Shown here one piece after another: positions 29,782 to 40,584 of a stretch of DNA of 64,000 bases. Under the pieces are notes generated by a model, which did not search any database, was not told where the DNA came from, and saw only the letters and a list, made by a program, of their open reading frames with translations. The position numbers and the translations under genes are program-made. Origin of the DNA: an uncultured Candidatus Woesearchaeota archaeon (GTDB lineage: Archaea; Nanobdellota; Nanobdellia; UBA10117). The DNA lies in the NCBI GenBank assembly GCA_903864915.1, contig CAIPHS010000004.1:3705-67704 (forward strand), given 5' to 3'. The stretch's first letter is position 1, and each line of letters starts with the position of its first letter.

Positions 29782-30634
29782 AGAATAACATCATTGTTTT
29801 GTAGAACAGGTCTCCATAAATTACAGTTGTTATTAGGGCTGCAAGGAATGCAGGCACATACGGTATGCCATCTTTTATTTTGACTTCTTTCAGTTTATCG
29901 GACTTTTCTAATTCAACGAGCTTTGCAATCTCCGCTTTTGTTATGCCTGATTTTTTCGATATAAATGCGAAGTTTTCTATATTGACTTGTTCAGCAATCC
30001 AGTCACCTTCAACCAAAGAGCTTGGCTTTACAGTTTTTATCAAGCAAGAGGACTCAGCTGCCTTGAAAACAAAAAGCAAAAACACCAGCCCAGCCAAAAT
30101 AGCAACCAGGCCAAAGACCGCTTTTATCGGATAAAGTATGCCAGTTATTACCATTGTGCCAACTATTGGATAAATCAGCAAGCCATTTTTCTTGAATTCT
30201 TGTTTTATTGCAGGCAATACACTGGCCCTGTTTTTGACTAGCAATATGAGCATGCCCCCAATCCCGAAAATGGCACCAAAAACAAGTATGTTTAGCCAAA
30301 GGCTTGCTAAAAATGGCCAAGCCGCAACAGGCGCTGCAGGACCGAATAATGCACCGAAAGCTGCCAGCAATTTGGCATCTCCGCCACCCCAAACTCCAGT
30401 GATGTAAAGCAAATAACCTATCCCGAAGAACGCGCCTGCACCGATTAAAGAAAAGATTATTGGCCAGAATGATTTTTCCAGCAATGAAATTATAGTATTT
30501 CCGAAAAGGCCTGCAATGAGCATGAAATAATTGCTCCAGTCAGGGACTAACTTTGTTTTCAGGTCTGTATATGCGCCAATTGCCGTCCCAGCAAGCGCAA
30601 TTGCAAACAAAGTTAGGTTGGTTTGTAACATCAC
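29756..30634 (-). CDS. A24 prepilin/preflagellin peptidase
   Basis: YTDLKT...[23 protein letters not shown]. Confidence 0.88.
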   Translation of the reverse strand: MMLQTNLTLFAIALAGTAIGAYTDLKTKLVPDWSNYFMLIAGLFGNTIISLLEKSFWPIIFSLIGAGAFFGIGYLLYITGVWGGGDAKLLAAFGALFGPAAPVAAWPFLASLWLNILVFGAIFGIGGMLILLVKNRASVLPAIKQEFKKNGLLIYPIVGTMVITGILYPIKAVFGLVAILAGLVFLLFVFKAAESSCLIKTVKPSSLVEGDWIAEQVNIENFAFISKKSGITKAEIAKLVELEKSDKLKEVKIKDGIPYVPAFLAALITTVIYGDLFYKTMMLFFSHAVALP

Positions 30635-31623
30635 TCTTCGTCGCGGATTCCTTCCGCTGTGACTTTAAAAACTGCTTCCCCTTCCGGGAGGTGTGGGCTA
30701 TCTATTAATCTTGCAATTCTCTTTTCACCTTTTGATTTTCGCAAATATAACCTGTAAGTAGAGGCGTGACCGACAATGTGCCCGCCAATGGGTTGGGTAG
30801 GATTGCCGAAAAAGATTGCAGGATTAGCCATAACTTGATTTGTTACAAATATCGCCAAGTTATGCGTGTCCGCAAGCCGTTGCATGGTGTGTAGGTGCTT
30901 GTTTAGTTTTTGCTGCCTGTCCGCCAATGTACCGCGGCCAGCAAACTCTGACCTGAACAACGAGGTAAGAGAGTCAATGATTATTAATTTTACATTAAGA
31001 TTATCTTTTCGGATAGCCTCATCAACTTTGTCAATCATCAGCATTTGGTGGTCTGAACTGAATGCTCTCGCAACTTTTATGTTCCTTAGCACTTCAATAG
31101 GATCCACACCAGCAGCCTTTGCCAGCTGCACAATTCTCTCAGGCCTGAAAGTTCCTTCAGTGTCTATGAAAACAACTTGTCCACCAAGCCCGCCCTTATC
31201 CACAGGTGTCTGAACATTAACCGCTAATTGAAAACCGAGTTGTGATTTTCCAGAACCGAATTCTCCAAAGGCCTCAGTTATTGCTTTAGTTTCGACGCCT
31301 CCACCCAATAATTCATTTAGCGCCTTACTCCCAGTATTTATCTTCAAAGTACTTTCCCTGTCTTTTAAGAAGTCTTCACCTGTTCTGAAGCCGATCTGGA
31401 TTGCCAGCCTCGCAGCATGTATGGCTTTGAGTGCAGTTGGCTTTGTCATATCAGTAAGGTCAATAAGAATATCTGGTGAAGCAACAGCAACTGCCATTAT
31501 GTCCATCATGCCTGCTGCTTTCAATTTGTCTGCTGTTGTCTTGCCTATTCCCGGCAAGTCTGCAATATCTTTAATTGCCTTCACATCTATTGGTTCGTCA
31601 TCCTCTTCTTTTTTCTTAACCAT
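30631..31623 (-). CDS. radA: DNA repair and recombination protein RadA
   Basis: N-terminal Hh[40 protein letters not shown]. Confidence 0.97.
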   Translation of the reverse strand: MVKKKEEDDEPIDVKAIKDIADLPGIGKTTADKLKAAGMMDIMAVAVASPDILIDLTDMTKPTALKAIHAARLAIQIGFRTGEDFLKDRESTLKINTGSKALNELLGGGVETKAITEAFGEFGSGKSQLGFQLAVNVQTPVDKGGLGGQVVFIDTEGTFRPERIVQLAKAAGVDPIEVLRNIKVARAFSSDHQMLMIDKVDEAIRKDNLNVKLIIIDSLTSLFRSEFAGRGTLADRQQKLNKHLHTMQRLADTHNLAIFVTNQVMANPAIFFGNPTQPIGGHIVGHASTYRLYLRKSKGEKRIARLIDSPHLPEGEAVFKVTAEGIRDEE

Positions 31624-31624
31624 A

Positions 31625-32593
31625 TTACTCTCCTAGCATCCTTGTCGCAATTCCTTTTGCATCCGGACTCGTGTCGATATCTGAAACTATCAATTCGGTG
31701 CGTGCAAATTTCTCATTATTCTTTACTCGCCCTTCAACCCTAACAGTCCTGCCAAGTAACTTGCCTTGCATGAACTCCAAGTCAGTCAGACATGCGTTAA
31801 CATCCATACCTGTTGCCTGGCATAGTTTTTCTGCAAACTTTCCAAATGCAATTGCCCTGATTACGCCAGTGCCATCATCAACGTAAATGCTCATCAATAG
31901 CCTGTTCTCGGGAGTAACTTGCTTGTGTTCGCTGCACAAGAAGCCTTCAGGTGCAGGTATAACTTTTTTTCCGCATTTACTGCATACCGGGAAAAGCTTT
32001 GGTGGGAATATTTTTACAATCTCCCCCATTATTCTATAACTGTCGCCAGCCTTGAGCTCTGAAATCTTGCTTTCTTTTGCAGAAGGTATATTGGCCGGCC
32101 CCTCAGTCACCAGCAGAACACTTTTTCCACCAACATGGAGTTCCTTTCCACCAGTTTTGTTTTCCTTTACCTGCGCTCCTTTGATTCTTACCGAACCTTG
32201 GAGCTTGCCTTCCTTCAGCAATGTTACTTTGTCATCCCATAGGGCTACTCTTATGTCGCCAGTATCATCCCTAAGAACGAAAGAGGCCATTTCTTTTGCC
32301 TGGCCTTTGTAAGTATAGGGTATGACGCGGTAAATCCTGTCCACAAAACCTGAGACATCGACAGAGCGCAGCCCTACAACAAGGTCCTTGATTTTCCATG
32401 ACTTGTTTGGCGCAGGTTCCCTTAGCAATTGAACGCCAAGTTCAGAAGCAACGATAAATGCCGCACCTTCAGCAGAAACCAGACCATCCAAAGATTCGAT
32501 TTTTGCTTTGACCTGCTCCTCGATTTTTTCAGTTGCGAGGCCAGTTTCCTCATGAATACGTTGGATTATGCTTTCTACAGGTATTTTCAGCAT
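31625..32593 (-). CDS. rpa: Replication protein A (OB folds and Zn finger)
   Basis: [18 protein letters not shown]...[16 protein letters not shown]; start placed at ATG 32593. Confidence 0.85.
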   Translation of the reverse strand: MLKIPVESIIQRIHEETGLATEKIEEQVKAKIESLDGLVSAEGAAFIVASELGVQLLREPAPNKSWKIKDLVVGLRSVDVSGFVDRIYRVIPYTYKGQAKEMASFVLRDDTGDIRVALWDDKVTLLKEGKLQGSVRIKGAQVKENKTGGKELHVGGKSVLLVTEGPANIPSAKESKISELKAGDSYRIMGEIVKIFPPKLFPVCSKCGKKVIPAPEGFLCSEHKQVTPENRLLMSIYVDDGTGVIRAIAFGKFAEKLCQATGMDVNACLTDLEFMQGKLLGRTVRVEGRVKNNEKFARTELIVSDIDTSPDAKGIATRMLGE

Positions 32594-32682
32594 AGCTTTC
32601 CTTAAGCTAGTAGTAATAAAAGCATTTGTAGAGCAAAACAAACAGTTTTGCGAGACATCCCACCAAAGCCGATTTCAGTAAA

Positions 32683-34020
32683 TTATACAGACAATCCAAA
32701 CGTCCTTAACTCTGCCCTTATAGCCGTAGGGTCTTCACCGCCATGCCAGCTCATCTTCGGTCTGATGCGCATTGGGTATATTTTTTCCAGTTTATCATCA
32801 AGCAAAATCGCAGTTCCCTTGTCTGCAGGCAGTTCATCGATGTATCTTTGTATTGCGTAAGGCAAGTATGTGGCCGCAATCATGTTTAGCGCTTCGACAT
32901 CTATCTTTGAAGTAACCCTGTGCGATATTACAATATCTGCCTGAGTCATAACATCTGTGTGGATCTTGCCCGGCTGCTGTGTTGCCAGAACTAATGAAAT
33001 GCCCGGCTGCCTACCTTCCCTTAGCAATTGTATCAGCGGTCCTGACGCAAGTGTTTTTTCAGGCTCCCTCGGCATGAACTCGTGAGCCTCATCGATGAAA
33101 ATCCAAACAAGCGGCGCCTTTGCTTCAGTCAGCGCAGATTCTGCGCCAAACAGGAAACCTCCCTCAGAGATTAATTTTACTTCCTCAGCTTTCCTTGCAG
33201 TCATCCTCTGTTCGAGGATTTTTTTGCTGATTAATCCAATTACTAGAGCTTTTATCCTGTCCCCACCCTCAACTTGCGCATATGCGGACAAATCCAGAAT
33301 TGAAGTTGTGCCACCTTTGAACAAGTCTGTTATTAGTGTGGCATCTTTTTTGAACAAGCCCCACTCAGTTGCGGCAAAAAATCTGTTTTCAACAACATTT
33401 TTTTCCTCATTTGTCGACTTGCCGTCTTTGTTTGAAATATCAATCAATTGGTTTATGTCAAAATCATCTCCAAATTTTTCACTTGCAGCTTCCAGTGCCC
33501 TCTCTATCAATGTGCCCGGACCTGAAATCAGATCTAATTCAAATATCTCACACCATGATTCTGCAGAAACCTCTGAAGGCCTGATGGCAAATGGGATGTC
33601 AACAGGCACGCCTTTGTCCTGGTAACTATTATACAATCCGTAAGGAACGAAAACTATTGGTGCGTATGCTTTTGGTGTCAAGCCCCATTCTCTCAGAAGC
33701 ATATCATCCCTATAGTTTGGGTATTTCATAGTCCAGAAAATGCCCATGGTGTCAAATATCAGTACGGCTATGTTTCCAGACACCTCTGGAGGCAAGTCGA
33801 CTATGCCTTCAGCAATCGCGCTTAAAGTGTAGGACTTGCCAGAACCTCTTTTTCCTGAAACAAGTATTACGTGCGGTCCAGCCACGTCAAGATAAATGGG
33901 ATTTGACAAGCTGACTGTGGTGTCAAACTTGACATAATTCTTTCCGATAAGTATTGTCCCGGTAAGGCCCAGTTTTTCTTTTTGTGATGCGCTCCTTCCC
34001 GCAACAATTTCGTATACCAT
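32683..34020 (-). CDS. HerA/FtsK-like (DUF87) ATPase
   Basis: SGKRGSGKSY, FIDEAH, REGRQPGISLVLATQQP. Confidence 0.85.
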   Translation of the reverse strand: MVYEIVAGRSASQKEKLGLTGTILIGKNYVKFDTTVSLSNPIYLDVAGPHVILVSGKRGSGKSYTLSAIAEGIVDLPPEVSGNIAVLIFDTMGIFWTMKYPNYRDDMLLREWGLTPKAYAPIVFVPYGLYNSYQDKGVPVDIPFAIRPSEVSAESWCEIFELDLISGPGTLIERALEAASEKFGDDFDINQLIDISNKDGKSTNEEKNVVENRFFAATEWGLFKKDATLITDLFKGGTTSILDLSAYAQVEGGDRIKALVIGLISKKILEQRMTARKAEEVKLISEGGFLFGAESALTEAKAPLVWIFIDEAHEFMPREPEKTLASGPLIQLLREGRQPGISLVLATQQPGKIHTDVMTQADIVISHRVTSKIDVEALNMIAATYLPYAIQRYIDELPADKGTAILLDDKLEKIYPMRIRPKMSWHGGEDPTAIRAELRTFGLSV

Positions 34021-34067
34021 GTGGCCAGCACATACTTTAAAAACGAACAATAAAAGTCTTTAGCCAA

Positions 34068-34197
34068 GCCGAGGTCGCATAATCCGGTAGTGCGCTCGTC
34101 TCGAAATCGCAAAACAGACTTGTTTTGCGGTCCTTGAACTACGTTCAAGAAAACGAGTGGCTGCAAGGCCTTCAGGGTTCAAATCCCTGCCTCGGCG
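34068..34197 (+). tRNA. tRNA-Ser(CGA) with 46-nt intron at 37/38 (34106-34151)
   Basis: Acceptor GCCGAGG/CCTCGGC, G73, stem CTCGT/ACGAG, loop CT-CGA-A|A, long variable arm, TTCAAAT loop. Confidence 0.88.
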
Positions 34198-34202
34198 TTA
34201 AC

Positions 34203-34748
34203 ATGGTGAAACAGTCAATTCCAAAAGGTTGGTATAAGAAATTCAGCAAAACTCAGAAAGTTGAGATAAAAAAGCACGACCCTGAGCTTTTTCAGATAGT
34301 TAGTGATGTCAGAACAAAATTTAGGAAGCTTTTGGGAAAAACTGTTGAAATCGAACATAGAGGCTCTAGCGCCTTGGGAATTTCCGGAGCTGGCGAGGTT
34401 GACCTTTACTTAAGAGTCAAAAACCGCAAGGATTTCCAGGTTGCTTTCGAAAAACTAAAGAAAGAATTCGGCGAGCCAGGAAGCTATTACCCAGACGAGC
34501 CAAGGGCCAGATTTAATAAAATTTACAAAGGTGTGGAGTTTGAGCAGATGCTTGTTTTGGAAAGTGCGCCAGACGAGTACGAAGGCCAGCTGTTTTTTAA
34601 CTACATGAAAAACAAGCCCGAGCTGCTGAAAAAATACGAAGCTATTAAGCGCAAATATGCACAAGTTTCGAAATACAAATACCAGATTGAAAAGAGCAGA
34701 TTTGTGCGCAAGATTTTGAGGCTGGCAAAAGAGGAAAACCAACGTTAG
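34203..34748 (+). CDS. GrpB-like nucleotidyltransferase-fold protein
   Basis: IEHRGSS...EVDL and FFNYMK...YEAIK...Y..EKS.FV pattern; real start placed after the tRNA. Confidence 0.75.
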   Translation: MVKQSIPKGWYKKFSKTQKVEIKKHDPELFQIVSDVRTKFRKLLGKTVEIEHRGSSALGISGAGEVDLYLRVKNRKDFQVAFEKLKKEFGEPGSYYPDEPRARFNKIYKGVEFEQMLVLESAPDEYEGQLFFNYMKNKPELLKKYEAIKRKYAQVSKYKYQIEKSRFVRKILRLAKEENQR

Positions 34749-34779
34749 CCTTTTATGCTCGCCTTTCTAAAATCAATAT

Positions 34780-35292
34780 ATGAAAATTTATATCGCCACA
34801 AAGAACGAAAAGAAAATAACTCTCGCAAAAGAATTAATTAAACAATTTCTTTCCATTAATGTTAAAGTGTCGGGGTGTTTGGCGAAATCCGAGGTGTCTG
34901 ATACTCCTTGGGATGAACAAACATATCACGGAGCCAGAAATAGAGCAATTAATTCTTTAAGAGAAAATTCAGATGCTGATTTAGGTATGGGGATTGAAAC
35001 AGGACTGGTTGAACGTTATGGTCAATTATATGAAGAAACATGGTGTTGGTTAGTTAATAAAATAGGTCAAGAATTTTGGGGATACGCGAGCGGAAATGTT
35101 ATTCCTGAAAGTATTAAAAAAAGAGTCATCGAAAACAAAAAGCTAGGCATAAAAACGCTTGAAGTATTCGATGTGGACAATAAATCTTGGGTTAGCTATT
35201 CAGGAAATTCAAGGATAAGAGAAACTTGCTTGTCAAACGCAATCAAACAAGCGCTTATTCAGTTTACCGAAAAGTCGGCGCTATCCTTTTAA
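34780..35292 (+). CDS. Inosine/xanthosine triphosphatase (YjjX/DUF84-like)
   Basis: SEVSDTP...TYHGARNRA, GMGIETG, C-terminal SRIRET. Confidence 0.8.
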   Translation: MKIYIATKNEKKITLAKELIKQFLSINVKVSGCLAKSEVSDTPWDEQTYHGARNRAINSLRENSDADLGMGIETGLVERYGQLYEETWCWLVNKIGQEFWGYASGNVIPESIKKRVIENKKLGIKTLEVFDVDNKSWVSYSGNSRIRETCLSNAIKQALIQFTEKSALSF

Positions 35293-35314
35293 GACAAAGT
35301 TCATCTTTTCTGAT

Positions 35315-36286
35315 ATGGATATCGCGCCAAAGACTTGGTGGCTCAAGATTCGCATGTGGTTGCTAGTCACCGTTTTGTTTGGAATAATTTATGCGCTGGT
35401 TGCAGCAGTCAGCTACGTACTCGGGATCTCAAGCTTCATATTTTACGGGATAATTGCTTTTGGCTTCATGATTTTACAATACATGATAGGCCCTTACATC
35501 GTGCAGTGGTCTATGAAAGTCAAATACGTCACGGAAAAAGAAGAACCCGAACTGCACGCAATTGTGGAGAAATTAGCAAAGAAAGCAGGCATTCCAAAAC
35601 CCAAAATCGGAATTTCAGATGTGCAAGTTCCAAATGCATTTGCCTTTGGCAGATGGAAATCGGATGGCAGAGTCTGTGTAACAAAAGGAATAATGAATTT
35701 GCTTAGCAAAAAGGAACTGGAAGCTGTTTTAGGTCACGAATTGTCCCATTTGAAACACAGAGATGTAGTATTCATAACTTTGATTTCAGTCATACCTATG
35801 ATTGCGTGGTTTGTTGCCCGCTCAACTTTGTTTATGCAATCTGGCAAGAATAAAGGAAGCGCTGTATTAATTGGAATTTTTGCTTTCATAATTTATTTCC
35901 TTACAAACCTCTTAGTATTGTATGGCTCAAGGATCAGGGAATATTATGCGGATATGGGTTCGGTCTCTTTGGGGAGCGAGCCGCACCAGCTTGCCACAGC
36001 ACTTTACAAGCTAGTTTACGGCGCAGCAAAGGCAAATCCTCAATCCTTGAAACAGGTAGAAGGGATGAAGGCCTTCTTTGCAAATGACATCTCAAACGCA
36101 CAGAATGAAATCAGAGACTTGGCACAGTTGGATTTGGACAAGTCAGGAACAATTGACCCTGACGAGCTGGAAGCGCTTAGAAATAAACAAATCAAGCTCA
36201 AGCCGCTTGACAAGCTGATGGAAGTTATGTCAACACATCCAAACATGCTAAAGAGGATTAAAGCCCTGTCAGTTTTGACTAAATAG
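35315..36286 (+). CDS. htpX: Zinc metalloprotease HtpX (M48)
   Basis: PNAFAFG, HELSH, SRIREYYAD, STHP. Confidence 0.93.
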   Translation: MDIAPKTWWLKIRMWLLVTVLFGIIYALVAAVSYVLGISSFIFYGIIAFGFMILQYMIGPYIVQWSMKVKYVTEKEEPELHAIVEKLAKKAGIPKPKIGISDVQVPNAFAFGRWKSDGRVCVTKGIMNLLSKKELEAVLGHELSHLKHRDVVFITLISVIPMIAWFVARSTLFMQSGKNKGSAVLIGIFAFIIYFLTNLLVLYGSRIREYYADMGSVSLGSEPHQLATALYKLVYGAAKANPQSLKQVEGMKAFFANDISNAQNEIRDLAQLDLDKSGTIDPDELEALRNKQIKLKPLDKLMEVMSTHPNMLKRIKALSVLTK

Positions 36287-36288
36287 AC

Positions 36289-36540
36289 GTGACTAACCTT
36301 TTTAATGCCAAATTTGCAGATTGGCTTATGGCAAAAAGCAGAGTTTCGAAGGTAAAATTTTTCGGGCATGAGATAGTGTTAACCTTTGTCGGTTCGCTGA
36401 TCATTGCATTAGGTGCAATGTTAGCTCAAACAGACTTTGGTAGTCCTTGGTTAACATTATTCCTGGCGGCAGTGACAATTTGGCTAGGAATGCTAGTGTT
36501 CCTGTACCCGATAGTAAGGAAGATTGAAAACCTGATGTAA
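36289..36540 (+). CDS. Small two-TM membrane protein
   Basis: Two hydrophobic stretches; GTG start directly after htpX. Confidence 0.55.
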   Translation: MTNLFNAKFADWLMAKSRVSKVKFFGHEIVLTFVGSLIIALGAMLAQTDFGSPWLTLFLAAVTIWLGMLVFLYPIVRKIENLM

Positions 36541-36906
36541 CTAAATATTTTCAATTAGCTTTATTTTTAGCGCCTTTTCTATTCGCCTTGCTGTCAGCAT
36601 ATCCAGTCTCCTGCCGGATTCTGCTGCCTTAAGCACTGCAGAATTGACGCTTAGTTTAAGGGCAAATTCGTCTTGTGTCAAGCCCACCACAGACCTTGCA
36701 TCCCTGATTTTTTGTGCATAATTTTCCACAAGAATCTCTTCTGTCACTTGTTCCGCAATCTGCGGGGCCCTCCGAACTATTGGGGGTTGTATTTTCGCTA
36801 TCACGCTGCCGGACGCAGCGCAAGAATTGCAAACACTCAGAACTGAGTTTTCTATCCTAGCTTTTACTTCAGCAGGCCTATCACCGCAAACTTCGCAGGA
36901 TACCAT
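36541..36906 (-). CDS. mbf1: Archaeal MBF1 (Zn ribbon and HTH)
   Basis: CEVCG...VCNSC, then IRDAR...LTQDEFA...ESG HTH. Confidence 0.88.
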   Translation of the reverse strand: MVSCEVCGDRPAEVKARIENSVLSVCNSCAASGSVIAKIQPPIVRRAPQIAEQVTEEILVENYAQKIRDARSVVGLTQDEFALKLSVNSAVLKAAESGRRLDMLTARRIEKALKIKLIENI

Positions 36907-36939
36907 AGCTTTTAAATTGATTCAAGGTTTAAAATTCTT

Positions 36940-37623
36940 ATGAGTCTCAAAGCAAAGTTCTGTGCAGTGTGCGGCAGGGAAAACAGCAGGTTCATAGGGA
37001 GCACTTGCGTGGACTGCTATTTCAAGACGCTGCAGATAGATTTGCCGAAATCAATAGTGATTTATGCCTGCCCGGTCTGCGACGCTGTCAAGAGCGAGGG
37101 CCTTTGGCATAACGCACCAGAACCGCATAGTGCTTACTTCATACAGAGCATAGTTAAGAAACTCAAGCTTCCCCCGCATGTTGAGCTGGAGGATATTGAG
37201 ATTTTGCAGCAGGGGAAGGAGAGCGAAGTCGAAATTTCAATATCAATAGAGGGAAAGCGGTTCTCAATAGTCAGGCCGATGGAGCTCTATATAACTGACC
37301 AGATTTGCGAATTAGACTCGAAGAGGAAAAGGGAAGCTTACGAAGGAATACTGCAATTAAGGCCAAAGGGAAATGTTCACGAGTTTCTGGATAAAATAGC
37401 AAATGAATTAAAATTTGTTGCAGATAATATTTTAAAAATGGACGAAAACCGTAATGGGGTTGACATCTATTTCCTAGATGTAACAACTATGCGGCATCTT
37501 GTCAGTCAGCTGAAGAAGAGATTTAAGTTTTACATGAAAATAAGTGCAAAGGAATACAGCTGGGACAAGCCAAAAAACAGGCCAAAGTATAAAATCACGA
37601 TTTTGGCAAGAGAAAAGGAATGA
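36940..37623 (+). CDS. nmd3: NMD3 family ribosome biogenesis protein
   Basis: CAVCG...CVDC...CPVC, YEGILQLR, NGVDIYF. Confidence 0.85.
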   Translation: MSLKAKFCAVCGRENSRFIGSTCVDCYFKTLQIDLPKSIVIYACPVCDAVKSEGLWHNAPEPHSAYFIQSIVKKLKLPPHVELEDIEILQQGKESEVEISISIEGKRFSIVRPMELYITDQICELDSKRKREAYEGILQLRPKGNVHEFLDKIANELKFVADNILKMDENRNGVDIYFLDVTTMRHLVSQLKKRFKFYMKISAKEYSWDKPKNRPKYKITILAREKE

Positions 37624-37669
37624 TGTTAAAACGAAGTTTTAACAGCCTGCCAAACACGAGGTGTTCGGC

Positions 37670-38032
37670 ATGATAAGTTATAATCCTGCCATGGATATTG
37701 AGCAAAGGATTTTCCATCTTGTGGATTCCCTTGCTTTAGGACATATTGACAAGGCCAGATTGAAATGTTTCCGCAGCACGGGCTCAAGTTCAAGAGCCAT
37801 TGCGCGGTGCTATGCTTTGGGGAAGTTATGGCAGAAGGCCCTAAACACACAGGCACACTATGCAATCGAAGTAATTTCTGAGAAATTTGACAACTTATCG
37901 GAAGAAGAAAAGACCAGAGTTTTGATACATGAGCTGCTCCACATACCGCAGACTTTCGGTGGTGGTTTCAGGCAACATGACTTCGCCTGTAGGAAAAATG
38001 TTGATATTTTGTACCGCCGTTTAAGACAATAA
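37670..38032 (+). CDS. Putative small metallopeptidase
   Basis: HELLH in YAIEVISEKFD...VLIHELLHIP; GAGGTG SD. Confidence 0.75.
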   Translation: MISYNPAMDIEQRIFHLVDSLALGHIDKARLKCFRSTGSSSRAIARCYALGKLWQKALNTQAHYAIEVISEKFDNLSEEEKTRVLIHELLHIPQTFGGGFRQHDFACRKNVDILYRRLRQ

Positions 38033-38077
38033 AGTCGCTGCAAGTCGGTTTATTAAAGAAAGCCTTTTAAAGCTCCT

Positions 38078-38437
38078 ATGCAACTTCTTGATGTCAAAAT
38101 GTATCACAAACCAAATCGTCACGGACAACAGCAGCCTCCACAGGAGATTACAAGGGTCCGCCTGCCGAGAGGGAGAGAAGTTTTAGGCGTCGTTGAGACG
38201 AGATTAGGTTTTGGAAAATCAAGGATCATATGCTCCGATAGCAAGACGAGAATATGCAGGGTGCCCGGGCATCTAAAAAGAAACTTATGGGTCAGGCCAG
38301 ATAACATAGTCATAGTTGAGCCTTGGGAATTTGAAGGTGACGATAAAGGAGATATAGTCTTCATATATTCAGAAAACCAGACTGATTGGCTCAAGCGAAA
38401 TAATTATTTGAAGACTTTGATAAAGCAAGAATTTTGA
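38078..38437 (+). CDS. eif1a: Translation initiation factor aIF-1A
   Basis: RVRLP...LGFGKSRIIC.D.KTRICRVPG...WVR. Confidence 0.93.
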   Translation: MQLLDVKMYHKPNRHGQQQPPQEITRVRLPRGREVLGVVETRLGFGKSRIICSDSKTRICRVPGHLKRNLWVRPDNIVIVEPWEFEGDDKGDIVFIYSENQTDWLKRNNYLKTLIKQEF

Positions 38438-38438
38438 A

Positions 38439-38945
38439 ATGGGGTTCGAAGAAGAGATTCTAATTCCGAAGACGCGAGTTGCAGTCCTTATAGGAACGAA
38501 AGGTTCTGTGAGACGTGATTTGGAAAGAAGGACAAATGTCCGATTAAAGATTTCAACAGATGGGATTGTAACGATGAAGGGCAAGGATGCTCTTAAAGTC
38601 ATGAACGCAAAAAGCATAGTTGAGGCGATAGGGCGCGGGTTCAATCCAGTTATCGCAAAAGAGCTGCTGAAAGAAGATTATTCGTTCATCCTGATACACT
38701 TGGAAGATTATGTGGGCAAAGGCGCCGACTTAGACAGGATCCGTGGTGTCTTGATAGGCAGGGCAGGCAAAGCGAGGAGAGTTGTTGAGCAAGAGACGGG
38801 TGCGAGAATCTCAATTTTTGGAAAAACAGTGGCAATAATAGGGCCTGCCGACTGTGCTTTAAAGGCAAAACAATCTGTAGAAATGTTTTTAACAGGGGCA
38901 AGACATGCGACTGTGTATAAATTTTTAGGGAGGAAAGATGACTGA
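38439..38945 (+). CDS. KH-domain pre-rRNA processing protein (Dim2/Pno1-like)
   Basis: Two KH GxxG motifs (IGTKG; IGRAG), AIGRGF, H..VY. Confidence 0.88.
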   Translation: MGFEEEILIPKTRVAVLIGTKGSVRRDLERRTNVRLKISTDGIVTMKGKDALKVMNAKSIVEAIGRGFNPVIAKELLKEDYSFILIHLEDYVGKGADLDRIRGVLIGRAGKARRVVEQETGARISIFGKTVAIIGPADCALKAKQSVEMFLTGARHATVYKFLGRKDD

Positions 38946-40584
38946 CAAAACTGAACCGAAAAAGGAAGAACTGCGGGCAATTTCAGTAGCAGAATTTTTT
39001 GAGAAGAACAGGCATCTGCTTGGTTTTGATAATCCTATTCGTGCTTTGCTTACATCGGTCAAGGAAGCTGTCGATAACAGCCTTGATGCTTGCGAGTCTG
39101 GCAGGATTTTGCCAGAAATTTATGTCCAAATCCAGAAATTCTCAGAAACGCGATTCAAAATTATTGTAGAGGATAACGGGCCAGGCATTCCAAGGGAGCA
39201 CCTGGCAGGCGCTTTTGGTAAATTACTCTATGGTTCTAAGTTCAAGACTTTTGGTGGAAAGCAATCAAGGGGCCAGCAGGGCATCGGCATCTCCGCTGCA
39301 ATCTTGTACGGTCAATTGACAACTGGCAAGCCAGCGAGAGTAATTTCCAAGACTAAAAAAGACAAGCAGGCAAATGTTTTGGAATTAAAGATCGATATCA
39401 AGACAAACAACCCCACTATTTTGTCAGAAACCAAAATTGACTGGAATAGGGAACACGGGACAAGAGTCGAGATTGAAATGGAAGCAAAATACACTGAGAA
39501 GAAAGCTTCCGTAGTTGAATATATCAAAGAAACCGCTATAGTCAACCCACATACAACGTTGACGTTTGTAGACCCTGAAGGCCAAAAAGTAGTTTTCCAA
39601 AGAGTTGTAGATAAATTGCCTGTAGAGCCAGAAGAGATCAAGCCACATCCTCACGGAATTGAACTTGGTTTGCTTGAAAGAATGCTGAAGGAGACGACTG
39701 CACGAGCTCTGAAATCTTTCCTAATAACAGAGTTTGACCGCGTAGGACCTGGAACTGCTGACGAAATTTTAAAAATTGCAGGCCTCGACCCCAAGATAGG
39801 GCCTAAATTCGTGACTCCTGATCAGGCTTACAGCCTCATACAAGCGATGCACGGTGCCAAAGTTATGGCCCCTAGTGCAGTATGCTTGGTTCCCATAGGA
39901 GATGCTTTGCTAAAGAAAAGCCTGGAATCCGAATATAATCTTGAATTTGCATACGCTATAACAAGAACACCGGATGTTTACAGAGGGAACCCTTTCTTGA
40001 TTGAAGTTGCAATTGGTTATGGTGGGGAGTTGCCTGCTGACCAGACTGTGAAGCTTTTCAGGTTTGCAAACAGAGTTCCTTTGCTATACCAGCAAGGAGC
40101 TTGCGCTTTGACAGAAGCAATAACTTCCGTTGACTGGAAGAATTATGGCTTGAACCAGAGCGGCAGGAATGTTCCTAGCGGGCCTGCTGTTATCGTAGTA
40201 CACATGGCCTCAGTCTGGGCACCATTCACTTCAGAATCTAAAGATGCAGTTGCACATTATCCCGAAATAATCAAAGAAGCCAAGCTTGCCCTGCAGGAAT
40301 GCGGAAGGCAGCTGCAATTATTTGTGGGCAAGAAGCACAGAAAACAATTGGCGGAGAAGAAAGCAGACATATTCAAGAACTATTCAGAGGAGCTTGCAGC
40401 TTCACTTGCTGCGTTAACTGGAAAAGACAAAAAGCCACTTGTCGACAAGTTCGTGAAAGTTGCCGAAGAGATGCTTAAACTAGGGACAATAGAAGGCGAA
40501 GAAGAAACTGAAGAGGTGAAAGAGGAAAAGAAGAAGCCAAAAAGAAAGCTTGGCGCTTTCAAGGCAGGGGAGGATGAAGAATGA
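38938..40584 (+). CDS. top6B: DNA topoisomerase VI subunit B
   Basis: EAVDNSLDA, EDNGPG, SRGQQGIG, RFANRVPLLY. Confidence 0.96.
   Translation: MTDKTEPKKEELRAISVAEFFEKNRHLLGFDNPIRALLTSVKEAVDNSLDACESGRILPEIYVQIQKFSETRFKIIVEDNGPGIPREHLAGAFGKLLYGSKFKTFGGKQSRGQQGIGISAAILYGQLTTGKPARVISKTKKDKQANVLELKIDIKTNNPTILSETKIDWNREHGTRVEIEMEAKYTEKKASVVEYIKETAIVNPHTTLTFVDPEGQKVVFQRVVDKLPVEPEEIKPHPHGIELGLLERMLKETTARALKSFLITEFDRVGPGTADEILKIAGLDPKIGPKFVTPDQAYSLIQAMHGAKVMAPSAVCLVPIGDALLKKSLESEYNLEFAYAITRTPDVYRGNPFLIEVAIGYGGELPADQTVKLFRFANRVPLLYQQGACALTEAITSVDWKNYGLNQSGRNVPSGPAVIVVHMASVWAPFTSESKDAVAHYPEIIKEAKLALQECGRQLQLFVGKKHRKQLAEKKADIFKNYSEELAASLAALTGKDKKPLVDKFVKVAEEMLKLGTIEGEEETEEVKEEKKKPKRKLGAFKAGEDEE

Noticed and set aside
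34125-34202. N-terminal extension of the GrpB-like ORF
   Set aside because: Lies inside tRNA-Ser; the real start is ATG 34203
34184-35300. Integrated island at tRNA-Ser (GrpB-like and YjjX-like genes)
   Set aside because: Only a 6-bp echo (TCGGCG) of the tRNA 3' end near 35275, too short to call an att site
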